Shown piece after piece: positions 1 to 8,475 of a stretch of 15,305 nucleotides of DNA. A program made the position numbers and the translations under genes. This stretch comes from Promethearchaeota archaeon (GTDB lineage: Archaea > Asgardarchaeota > Lokiarchaeia > Sigyniarchaeales > SOKP01). Numbering within the stretch: position 1 is the stretch's first letter; the number at the start of each line of letters is the position of its first letter. The notes below the pieces were generated by a model. The model had not been told where the DNA came from. It searched no databases and saw only the letters and a list, made by a program, of their open reading frames with translations. The stretch covers positions 1-15,305 of the forward strand of contig SDNY01000087.1 of the NCBI GenBank assembly GCA_004524535.1. The letters run 5' to 3'.

Positions 1-1080
1 ATTGGATGTGTTGAGCCAGCACATCCATGTAAAACACTTGGATGTACAAATGCAACTCAAATCAACCTTGTGAAATGTTTAGAACTAACGCTTAATAATG
101 GAGTTGACATGTTTACTAGAAAAAAATATGGCATTGAAAATAGGAAAAAAATCATATCTTATCAAGATCTTTGGGATGAATTTATCAATCAAATTAAATA
201 TTTCATTGAGCCAATGGTTGAAACAATGAGTTATCTTGATAAATCTATCGCTGAACTTAATCCTCAGCCATTTTTATCGGCAACAACAGATGATTGCATT
301 GACCGTGGACTTGATATTACCAACGGAGGAGCTATTTATGACTTTACAACTACACAGGCAATTGGATTGGCAACGGTAGCAGATAGTCTTGCTGTAATAA
401 AAAAGGTTGTTTTTGAAGATAAGCTACTTCCTTATGAAGATTTAGTTCAGATGTTAGTGAAAAATTATAGAGGTACATACCAAGGCAGAAAAGGGGCAGA
501 ATGGAGGGAATATTTTATTAATAAAGTTCCTAAATTTGGTAACGATGAGGATTATGTTGATTCAATTGCGCATGATGTTGCAAAACAATTTTGTAATGAA
601 ATGGTAAAACATGTAAATTATCGAGGCGGTAAATATAATCCAGGAATCTATTCCACTACATTTCATTTAGCATTTGGAGTGTTTACGGCAGCAACTGCGG
701 ATGGAAGAAAATCAAGAGAACCTCTTTCAAATGGGGTGGGACCTTTTACTAGCAGAGATAAAAATGGTCCTACAGCTATTCTTAATTCAATTATGAAACT
801 TGAAAACGAATTAATGACGAATGGTAATTCACTTATTTTGTCTTTCCACCCAAATACTTTAAATTTAGAGTTATTTCCTTCTTTAATACGAACGTTTTTT
901 CAATTAAATGGAGGGTATCATGTACAATTTAATGTTGTTGGCAAAGAGATACTATGTGACGCTCAGAAAAATCCAGAATCATATCGAGGATTAGTTGTGA
1001 GAATTGCAGGATATTCTGTATTGTTTAATGAGTTATCTAAGGGAGCACAAGATGAAATCATTGCTCGAACACAATATTAA
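1..1080 (+). CDS. Glycyl-radical enzyme (PFL2/PflD-like family), 5'-truncated by the window edge
   Basis: Frame 1 is open from base 1 (IGCVEPAHPCKTLGCTNATQINLVKC...). It contains the Cys-loop motif GCVEP, the PKFGND and ATADGR...PLSNG motifs, and the C-terminal Gly-loop LVVRIAGYS. The ORF-track start at 70 is internal. Confidence 0.93.
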   Translation: MGCVEPAHPCKTLGCTNATQINLVKCLELTLNNGVDMFTRKKYGIENRKKIISYQDLWDEFINQIKYFIEPMVETMSYLDKSIAELNPQPFLSATTDDCIDRGLDITNGGAIYDFTTTQAIGLATVADSLAVIKKVVFEDKLLPYEDLVQMLVKNYRGTYQGRKGAEWREYFINKVPKFGNDEDYVDSIAHDVAKQFCNEMVKHVNYRGGKYNPGIYSTTFHLAFGVFTAATADGRKSREPLSNGVGPFTSRDKNGPTAILNSIMKLENELMTNGNSLILSFHPNTLNLELFPSLIRTFFQLNGGYHVQFNVVGKEILCDAQKNPESYRGLVVRIAGYSVLFNELSKGAQDEIIARTQY

Positions 1081-1088
1081 AAGTTATT

Positions 1089-1108
1089 CTTTTTTTGCAT
1101 TTTTTATT
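1089..1108 (+). terminator. Possible archaeal oligo-T terminator after the glycyl-radical enzyme gene
   Basis: CTTTTTTTGCATTTTTTATT lies immediately after the stop codon. Two T-runs are consistent with archaeal U-tract termination, but the background is AT-rich. Confidence 0.35.
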
Positions 1109-1160
1109 CTTTGAATTATTAGTATTAAACATTTAAAATCACAAATTATTTTTAGTTTCA

Positions 1161-1177
1161 CAAATTTTAATATATAA
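1161..1177 (+). promoter_or_regulatory. Putative TATA box (with upstream BRE) for tRNA-Ala
   Basis: CAAATTTTAATATATAA lies about 20-35 bp upstream of the tRNA 5' end, where an archaeal TATA box is expected. Confidence 0.4.
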
Positions 1178-1196
1178 CAGCAAGAGTTATATAAAC

Positions 1197-1297
1197 GGGC
1201 CTGTAGATTAGTCGAAGATCACTCAATAATCTATTTCAAATTCTGGATTTATTGACTCGCATTCAAGAGGCCGCGGGTTCAATTCCCGCCAGGTCCA
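1197..1297 (+). tRNA. tRNA-Ala(CGC) with a 29-nt intron (1223-1251) in the 5' strand of the anticodon stem
   Basis: Acceptor stem GGGCCTG/CAGGTCC has the G3:U70 alanine identity pair and discriminator A. D-stem GATT/GATC; T-arm GCGGG-TTCAATT-CCCGC; variable loop AGGCC. Removing 1223-1251 gives anticodon arm CTTGA-CT CGC AT-TCAAG. CCA is not encoded. Confidence 0.9.
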
Positions 1298-1361
1298 CTT
1301 ACTTGCTTCAAATAAGTTAAAAGCAAAATTTTTAATATCAGGATTCAATTTTGTGTTTAGT

Positions 1362-2561
1362 TTATTCTAATTCTAGATTTATAAAAATTTCTCCACCTTT
1401 AAATCCAACTGCTGTTATAAGTTCAAGATTTCTTAATTTATTATCAATAGGAGTATTATCAAGATTAATTTTTTTCATTCCATCAAAATCCATAATAGTT
1501 AATATTGGATATTTCATATGATTATCTCTTTCAAAACCCATGTTTATCAATGATTGAATAATCTCCTCACAATGAGCATTTTTTTTTAATTTCACATTTA
1601 CTCTATTAACTTTATCACCACATACAGAGCAATTTGGATTCCTTTTGATTTCTATGGGAAATAATTGCATTGTGATAGCATTAAAAAGATGTTGAGAAGT
1701 AATAGGCTTACCTAATGATTTATTCCCATTCAACCAATGTAAAATCTTAATAGTTTCATGTGATATCATCGCAGATATCATAGTAATAACAGTTATAAGC
1801 TGGGGGCTCCGTGAAATTATTTTTTTCACTTCTTTATCTGTAAATAGTGGAAAAAAATCATAAGTCGATACAAGATTATTAGCATAATTTAAAATAAAAT
1901 TGATATGTTCAGAGTTTTCTGGATCTGGAGTTAGTTCCTTATTTTTCTCAAATTCTGAATATGCTTTAAAAACACAGTGTATCCTTTTTCTTGGAATTCT
2001 TCTGCGAACTATTCTTTCTCTTGGTATCTCAATAGAACATGCGTTTTCAAAAGGAAAAACTGAACAAACATAACCATGATAACCACCAACTCCTCCTTCA
2101 ACGAAAGGTTTTTTAAAACGAATACAATGTGAATTTAAATTTAATCTTGATCTCCTTGTATCTATTGCTGCTATAATGACGTCAGCAGCTTTATATATCG
2201 CTGGATCAAGGTGTTCAAGTGAAGTATAATACCCTTTCACCGTGATAAATGGATTTATTTCTTTCAACCGTTCAGTTGCCACTTTTACCTTTGGGCGACC
2301 TTCATCACCAGGTTTATATAACACTTGCCGAGATAAATTTGATCGCTCTATTATATCCAAATCTACAAGATCGAGATAGCCAACACCAATCCTTGCAAGA
2401 TTTTTAGCGACTTCACAACCAACACCCCCCACCCCTACGATTAATACGCGAGAATTTTTAATAATTTTTTGAGACCAGCCTCCAAGATCAAATTGACGAC
2501 TATATAAATCTTTTTCTTCTTCTGATATCTCAATATCAATAAATTCAGTTTTTAATCCCAA
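1362..2561 (-). CDS. ThiF/MoeB/E1-family ubiquitin-like activating enzyme with Uba3-like architecture, apparently lacking the catalytic Cys
   Basis: Contains YSRQ, Rossmann VLIVGVGGVGCE, VDLDIIERSNLSRQ, a PR..HC helix, C-terminal NPNCSVCG, and about 80 further C-terminal residues positioned like the Uba3 E2-binding ubiquitin-fold domain. TTG start. Confidence 0.88.
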   Translation of the reverse strand: MGLKTEFIDIEISEEEKDLYSRQFDLGGWSQKIIKNSRVLIVGVGGVGCEVAKNLARIGVGYLDLVDLDIIERSNLSRQVLYKPGDEGRPKVKVATERLKEINPFITVKGYYTSLEHLDPAIYKAADVIIAAIDTRRSRLNLNSHCIRFKKPFVEGGVGGYHGYVCSVFPFENACSIEIPRERIVRRRIPRKRIHCVFKAYSEFEKNKELTPDPENSEHINFILNYANNLVSTYDFFPLFTDKEVKKIISRSPQLITVITMISAMISHETIKILHWLNGNKSLGKPITSQHLFNAITMQLFPIEIKRNPNCSVCGDKVNRVNVKLKKNAHCEEIIQSLINMGFERDNHMKYPILTIMDFDGMKKINLDNTPIDNKLRNLELITAVGFKGGEIFINLELE

Positions 2562-2655
2562 ATTCTACACTTCTTTATTAGTTCTCTAGTTAAAAACAAA
2601 TATCACTGTTAATATCTCTTTTTAATTTGGATATTTAAACTAACACAATTCTATG

Positions 2656-2680
2656 TTTCTTAAACTTAAAGTTTAAGAAA
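2656..2680. promoter_or_regulatory. Perfect 12-bp inverted repeat with 1-nt spacer; candidate operator in the divergent E1/valS promoter region
   Basis: TTTCTTAAACTT-A-AAGTTTAAGAAA; the arms are exact reverse complements. Confidence 0.5.
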
Positions 2681-2754
2681 AAAGAGAAAATTTTTTTTGT
2701 TATGTTTATAGTTGCAATGTAATTGATTTACATGAATATTAGTATAAAATTTAA

Positions 2755-5355
2755 ATGAAAGAAGAATATTTAATTCCAAAACGATATAAATTTAAGGAAA
2801 TCCAAGCAAAATGGATAAAATATTGGAAAGATGAGGAAATATACAATTTTGATATAAACGCAAAGGGAGAAATATTTTCAATTGATACACCCCCTCCATT
2901 TGTTAGTGGAACCTTACATCTAGGACATATTTTAAATCATTCATGGATCGATTTCGTTGCTAGATATAATAAAATGAAGGGACTAAATGTATATTTCCCA
3001 CAGGGATACGACTGTCATGGACTTCCGGTAGAATTAGCAGTTCAGGATAAGTACGGGATTTCACAGCATCAACGCGATGAGTTTTTAGAAAAATGTATCG
3101 AATGGGTAGAGCAAAACATTAAGAATATGACTAAACAATATGATGATTTCGGGTACTCCACTGACTGGAATTTTACTTATAGAACTATGAACGATGATTA
3201 CAAATTCAAGATCCAATGGTCCCTTTTATATTTCTATGAAAAAGGTTGGTTATATCGGGAGAAGTTTCCAACACATTTCTGCGTTAATTGCGAAACATCA
3301 GTTGCCAAAGCCGAAGTTGGATATAATGAAGAACTTGGAAAACTCTGGTATATTAAATTACCTATTGTTGGGAGGGAAGGTGAATATATAACTATAGCTA
3401 CAACGCGACCTGAATATATGGAGGCTTGTGTTGGTGTTTTCATTCATCCGAACGATGAGAGATATTATCATCTTTCCGCTGCAGAAGTGGAAATTCCAAT
3501 GACTAATCGCACAGTTCGTATTGAGATGGATAAAAATGTTGATATGAATTTTGGTACGGGTATCGTTTATTGTTGTACATATGGTGATGAATTGGATATT
3601 AAATGGAAAATAAATTACGATCTTGATGAGATTCAGATTTTTACTGAAGATGGACATATGAATGAGAACTCAAAATACCAGGGGATGACTATATTAGAAG
3701 CTCGAGAGCAGATAGTAAAAGATCTTGATGAAATGGGGTTACTTGAAAAAATTGAGGATTATGAGCATAGAATTGTGATACACTCTGAGCGATCTTCTTG
3801 TAGGAAACCAATAGAATATTTACCTGTTTATCAATGGTTTATTAATGTGAAGGATTTTACTGATGAAATCATCGAATCTGGGAATGTTATGAATTGGTAT
3901 CCTGAAAAACATAAACAAAGGTTAATAGATTGGTGTGAGGGTTTAGATTGGAATTGGGTTATCTCGAGACAACGTGTTTTTGGAACACCGATTCCATTTT
4001 GGTATTGTAAAGAATGTAATGAAATCATTCCGCCAAGAATAGAGGATTTACCATTAGATCCAGTCAAGACAAACCCACCTGTGGATGAATGTCCTAAGTG
4101 TAAAAGTAAAAATTTACAAGGAGAAAAGGATGTATGTGATTGCTGGATTGATTCAAGCATTACACCATTAGCTATTAGCAAATGGCTTGAAGATGATGAA
4201 TTTTTTGAGAAAACATACATGAAGGCAAAAGTTCATCGCCCTCAAGGTTATGAAATAATTCGTACCTGGTTATTTTATACATTATTTCGATGTAAAAAAT
4301 TAACTGGAAAGGCTCCTTTTTATGAGATAATGGTAAACGGCATGGTAGCTGGGCCCGATTCGAAAAAAATGTCCAAGAGTTTCGGTAATATCGTTTCTCC
4401 CGACGAAGTAATGCCCGAATTTGGAGCAGATGCAATTAGACAATGGGCAGCACTGGGATCATTAGGAGATGATTATCCATTTGAATATACATGGGTAGAC
4501 CTTCAGACAAAACAGCCAGTTTCAGATGATAAAATTAAAGAAGAAATGGAGAAATTGCCTGAAGATAAGTTTAATAAGAAATATCGTAGAAAATTTGAAC
4601 AATTGATCGGAGCTTCCCGATTTTTAACTAAGATTTGGAACGCGTATAGGTTTTTAGGGCTAAATTTAAATAAATTCGAGATTTCTGACATTAATATTGA
4701 TAACAATGGATTGACTGTTATTGATAATTATTTTTACTCTGAATTTAATAAGAATTTAGAATTAATTACTAAATATTTTGATGGATACAATTGGCATGAA
4801 GCTTTTACAATAGTAAGACCCTTCTTTTGGAACGAGATCTGTGATAATTACATTGAAGCGATTAAGTATAAGTTTTATTCGGAGGAGCAAGAAACGAGGG
4901 AATGGGCTTTAAAAAACGCTTTAAACCTATTTTATAAGATGTTAACAATTTTTGCGATAATTATGCCCTTTATTTCTGAAGAAATCTATTCAAATATGTA
5001 CAAGAAATTTAAGAAATTAAAATCTATTCACTTAGAGCGTTGGCCGACTCCTTACGAGAATATTTCCGAAGAATTAGCAGAAAAAGGAAAGTTTGGTATC
5101 GATATAATTAAAATTTTGAGGAATTATAAATCAAAACATCAGATTCCGTTAAATCAAGAAATTACTAGAGTTATAATCCTCTCTGATAAAAATAAACAAG
5201 AAATCATTAATGATTTAAAAGAAGATATTAAAAATACTATTCGGATTAAAAATTTGGAAATCTATGAAAAGAACCAAGAAGATAAGATAAAAGACAAACC
5301 GGATTCAAAAGAAATTGTTGATGAGTTAGGAATAATTTTTTATTTTTTATGTTAA
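2755..5355 (+). CDS. valS: Valine--tRNA ligase, archaeal type
   Basis: DTPPPFVSGTLHLGH (HIGH), GYDCHGLP, editing-domain ATTRPE and GTGIV, WVISRQRVFGTPIP and KMSKS. It lacks the bacterial C-terminal coiled-coil arm. Confidence 0.97.
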   Translation: MKEEYLIPKRYKFKEIQAKWIKYWKDEEIYNFDINAKGEIFSIDTPPPFVSGTLHLGHILNHSWIDFVARYNKMKGLNVYFPQGYDCHGLPVELAVQDKYGISQHQRDEFLEKCIEWVEQNIKNMTKQYDDFGYSTDWNFTYRTMNDDYKFKIQWSLLYFYEKGWLYREKFPTHFCVNCETSVAKAEVGYNEELGKLWYIKLPIVGREGEYITIATTRPEYMEACVGVFIHPNDERYYHLSAAEVEIPMTNRTVRIEMDKNVDMNFGTGIVYCCTYGDELDIKWKINYDLDEIQIFTEDGHMNENSKYQGMTILEAREQIVKDLDEMGLLEKIEDYEHRIVIHSERSSCRKPIEYLPVYQWFINVKDFTDEIIESGNVMNWYPEKHKQRLIDWCEGLDWNWVISRQRVFGTPIPFWYCKECNEIIPPRIEDLPLDPVKTNPPVDECPKCKSKNLQGEKDVCDCWIDSSITPLAISKWLEDDEFFEKTYMKAKVHRPQGYEIIRTWLFYTLFRCKKLTGKAPFYEIMVNGMVAGPDSKKMSKSFGNIVSPDEVMPEFGADAIRQWAALGSLGDDYPFEYTWVDLQTKQPVSDDKIKEEMEKLPEDKFNKKYRRKFEQLIGASRFLTKIWNAYRFLGLNLNKFEISDINIDNNGLTVIDNYFYSEFNKNLELITKYFDGYNWHEAFTIVRPFFWNEICDNYIEAIKYKFYSEEQETREWALKNALNLFYKMLTIFAIIMPFISEEIYSNMYKKFKKLKSIHLERWPTPYENISEELAEKGKFGIDIIKILRNYKSKHQIPLNQEITRVIILSDKNKQEIINDLKEDIKNTIRIKNLEIYEKNQEDKIKDKPDSKEIVDELGIIFYFLC

Positions 5356-5690
5356 TATAAATATTTCCCAAATCTCATTAGTGCTGTTTTCTCCTTGATC
5401 TTTCTTGGTATTAAAATATCTAATCCAAAAATCACCCACTAATCCTATACAAGAGATAGTTATCAAAATCAAATCTTATTTTTTGAAAATTTTGTTTAAA
5501 TTTGTTTATTATTATAATTAGATTGAGTCAAAAAATTTAAAGTGTTCAACTTTTGGTCAGCTCTTCTGAACATTTTCTTATAATAATAAAATATATATAT
5601 TAGTTTGATCAATATTAATTATAATAACTGAAATAATTTTAGCGAATCATTATTTAAATTTTCATCAAAAAATTGTTAATCTGAGATTAA

Positions 5691-6845
5691 ATGACATTAG
5701 ATTATTGGGAAGATAAAACAGATGCTATAGTTAATGGAGATAATTTAAGAGATGTAAATCAGATCTCGGGAAAAACATTTATAGATGAATTAGGTTTTAA
5801 GCATATTTTTTTTAGGAAAAAACTTTTTCACAACCCTGATTATTGCATTCCAAAGGATCATCTTAATTTATTTAAAAAATTTTTAGATGGGGGATCGAGG
5901 AGTTATCCATCAGATGGGAAGATACCTTTAGATATTATAGCAACAGAGGCAAAATTAATAATAAATAAAATTATAGAGATTTCCTATAATCCTGAACACA
6001 TCTATTATGAAGATGCTAAAGAAGCTCTAAGTAAAGGCAAGTATAATATTGTAAGGGGAACTGTAAAGATTTACCTTAAAAAGTATACAACAAGAGATTG
6101 GAGGAGAAAACGATTTTCAGATGACATAGATTTCTGGATTCATAAAGTAAAGTTATTCGAGTATACTTTAAAAGAATGCGGTTGGAAAAGAAATAATAAA
6201 ACTAAAGAATGGGAAAAACAATTAGAATGGTTTAATTATGAAACTAAACAAAGAAATACTGGAATTTTAATTGCTTCGAATGATATAAATCAAGCAATGG
6301 ATTTCGGTAATTGTAGTTATCTTGATGGATGTTCTCTAAAAGATATTTTTCATAAAAAGTTAAAACGTGGCCATGATGTTGATTTAAGCGATATAATTAA
6401 TATAGCATTAGTCCAAAATAAAAAATATAATACAAGCGAAGAATGGGAGAATTCTTGGAAAGCTATTAAGGAAGCAATAAATACACGTAGTAAAAGGACA
6501 ATTTCCAATTTAATAAGTCTTTGTAAGTATGCTTCTGCAATTGCTGATTATATTGAACGTGTTGGGGACAGTATCCATATGTATAAAAAGTTGATATTTG
6601 ATAAATCAATGTTTCCAAATTCAAAATTAGAGGAGATTTGTCATTTTTCAAGTCACTGGACTGGGTATTTCCATAACAACGGGCCAGAATCGACACGCAG
6701 CTTGATTTATTCCTATTTGATTGAACAACAAAATAAAAGAATATTTTACGCAGAAAATCTAAGAGATTTTGTAAGAGAAGTATTAAACTATCTCAACTAT
6801 AAATTTCAGTATGCTAAAATTGTTTTCGAAATAGAAAATAAATAG
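5691..6845 (+). CDS. Hypothetical protein with Pol-beta-like nucleotidyltransferase motifs (AbiEii/MenT-like)
   Basis: 384-aa ORF with VRGT (aa 121-124), RFSDDIDFW (aa 141-149) and a downstream KKLKRGHDVDLSD (aa 222-234). These resemble the hG[GST]...RxSxDhD and K...R...D..D motifs of AbiEii-type NTases. The CDS is secure; the function is inferred. Confidence 0.6.
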   Translation: MTLDYWEDKTDAIVNGDNLRDVNQISGKTFIDELGFKHIFFRKKLFHNPDYCIPKDHLNLFKKFLDGGSRSYPSDGKIPLDIIATEAKLIINKIIEISYNPEHIYYEDAKEALSKGKYNIVRGTVKIYLKKYTTRDWRRKRFSDDIDFWIHKVKLFEYTLKECGWKRNNKTKEWEKQLEWFNYETKQRNTGILIASNDINQAMDFGNCSYLDGCSLKDIFHKKLKRGHDVDLSDIINIALVQNKKYNTSEEWENSWKAIKEAINTRSKRTISNLISLCKYASAIADYIERVGDSIHMYKKLIFDKSMFPNSKLEEICHFSSHWTGYFHNNGPESTRSLIYSYLIEQQNKRIFYAENLRDFVREVLNYLNYKFQYAKIVFEIENK

Positions 6846-6920
6846 TTTTACTAATAATCTCTATTTTTTTAGAATTTTTACTCTAATATCTTTGGGGAAT
6901 TTTCTACTTTAATATTTACT

Positions 6921-7340
6921 TCACTCTTGAGAGAGTTCATCATCTTGAGAGAGTTCATCATCTTGAGAGAGTTCATCATCTTGAGAGAGTTCATCATCTT
7001 GAGAGAGTTCTTCGTCTTGAAAGGATTCTACATTTGTTGACGAAATTTCATCAAGACCTAACTGTGCAATCATAACCCTTTTCAGTTCTTCTTTGTCTGT
7101 TGGTAATCCGAACATTTCAGAATATTTATTTGTTGTTGTTAATTCTTTTGATCTCCCTTTTTTCATTGAGTCAATGAGCCCGTTATCTTCGAGATATTTG
7201 ACATGTTCATAAGCTCCGCTCCCTCTTATTTTTACTACCAAAGATTTCATTATAGGTTGTTTCAAAGCAATAATAGTCAATGTTTTTAAGTATTTCTCTG
7301 CTATAGCACCACCTTTAAGTAAATTTAGATACTTTCGCAG
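6921..7340 (-). pseudogene. scpB: Truncated second copy of scpB (C-terminal winged-helix half) with a different acidic tail
   Basis: 7048-7234 matches 8289-8475 at 186/187 nt. 7235-7316 matches at 68/82 nt. Homology (SAKVSKFT vs AEKVSKFA) continues to about 7340 across a +1 frameshift near 7317. The N-terminal half is absent. An open frame from TTG 7280 (119 aa) remains. Confidence 0.85.
6925..7020. repeat. 18-bp tandem repeat, about 5.3 copies, encoding (QDDELS)n on the minus strand
   Basis: TCTTGAGAGAGTTCATCA occurs as four perfect copies (6925-6996), one copy with 2 mismatches (6997-7014) and a partial TCTTGA (7015-7020). Confidence 0.97.
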
Positions 7341-8475
7341 AAAGTAAATTTATTGATTTCTCATTTTTTAGATAAATCAAATACTTTTATGTAAAATTTA
7401 TTAAATATCATAGGTTTTTGTTAAATAATATGTCCAATCAATTAATTGAATTTTTAGGAGGGGAATCCTAATTAGTAATAATTTAGATGATTTAATGAAA
7501 GAAGTTGTTCAGCAAAAAGAATTTGTTTTTTCAGCGAAATGGACTTATCCTTGGTTTTTTGTCTTGTTTATTACTTTAATTATGTCAATAGTCTTATTGA
7601 TAGTATTTCCAATCCTTGCTATATTTCCATTCCTTGTTTTTCTTGCATTTTTTGCCTTTCTGTGTAAAAAAAAACAAGCAAATTTAGTAATTAATCCAAG
7701 AGAAGTAAGATTTGAAAAGGGATTTTTTCCAGTAATAGTAAAATATGAAGATGTACATACCATAGAATATTATACTGAGACAGTAAATTTTATGAATACA
7801 GATTATTATGTGAAATTTATTCTTAAAAATGGCAGACCTGTAAAAAAAACTCTCCGTTATTGGAAAGTTCCCTATAGTTTTGATCCTGAAATCTATCTAA
7901 GAACAATTATTGAAGCATATTTAATGTTATATAAAAAAGGAATAACCAAAAATGAACAACAATTGAGTTTACAATCACCTCAATTTGAAAAAAAATACTG
8001 TACTAAATGTGGAAGTGATAATTCGACTAAAAGTAAATATTGTACTTATTGTGGAACTCAACTTAATTAATGCATTTTGGCACAATTTACAGTATTGAAT
8101 AATTAAACGTATTATTCAAGGAAAATATTTTTGGATTATAAATATCAGGATTTTTGTTAAAAATTCGATAAAATGAAGATTATTAAGTTATTGAATTCAA
8201 AATGATTTCAAGATTTTGCGTTTTTTTTATCTATTCTTCTTCATTATTTTCTAATTCTTGTGGTTCTTCTTCTGGTTCAGAAGTTATCTCATCAAGACCT
8301 AACTGTGCAATCATAACCCTTTTCAGTTCTTCTTTGTCTGTTGGTAATCCGAACATTTCAGAATATTTATTTGTTGTTGTTAATTCTTTTGATCTCCCTT
8401 TTTTCACTGAGTCAATGAGCCCGTTATCTTCGAGATATTTGACATGTTCATAAGCTCCGCTCCCTCTTATTTTTA
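7048..8475. repeat. 187-bp near-identical direct repeat pair (7048-7234 and 8289-8475, offset 1241 bp)
   Basis: Manual alignment shows a single mismatch (T7166 vs C8407; Met vs Val). Confidence 0.95.
7495..8070 (+). CDS. Membrane protein with C-terminal zinc ribbon
   Basis: Hydrophobic segment at about aa 20-56 (one or two TM helices), a beta-rich soluble middle region, and C-terminal CTKC-x10-CTYC. Confidence 0.8.
   Translation: MKEVVQQKEFVFSAKWTYPWFFVLFITLIMSIVLLIVFPILAIFPFLVFLAFFAFLCKKKQANLVINPREVRFEKGFFPVIVKYEDVHTIEYYTETVNFMNTDYYVKFILKNGRPVKKTLRYWKVPYSFDPEIYLRTIIEAYLMLYKKGITKNEQQLSLQSPQFEKKYCTKCGSDNSTKSKYCTYCGTQLN

Noticed and set aside
1221-1267. Canonical 37/38 intron or a different anticodon for the tRNA
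   Set aside because: No 5-bp anticodon stem with U33 forms under that model. The CGC reading agrees independently with the G3:U70 alanine determinant.
3194-4706. Short alternative-frame and antisense ORFs inside valS
   Set aside because: They are shadow ORFs of a highly conserved gene with no recognisable motifs.
5347-5472. Possible 41-codon minus-strand ORF, or read-through tail after valS
   Set aside because: It is short, has a TTG start and no motif or RBS, and is expected by chance.
6466-6696. 76-aa antisense ORF as a possible antitoxin of the NTase-like gene
   Set aside because: It is fully nested antisense with no HTH, kinase or other recognisable features.
6925-7020. CRISPR array
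   Set aside because: The units are 18 bp, head-to-tail with no spacers, in frame with a coding tail, and there are no cas genes.
7438-7471. TCAATTAATTGA palindrome and TTAGGA/TCCTAA hairpin over an AGGAGG motif
   Set aside because: The stems are only 6 bp in AT-rich DNA, and the AGGAGG is about 35 nt from the ATG, too far to be an RBS.
7235-8288. IS element or provirus between the scpB repeats
   Set aside because: There is no transposase, integrase or terminal inverted repeat, only one membrane-protein gene.
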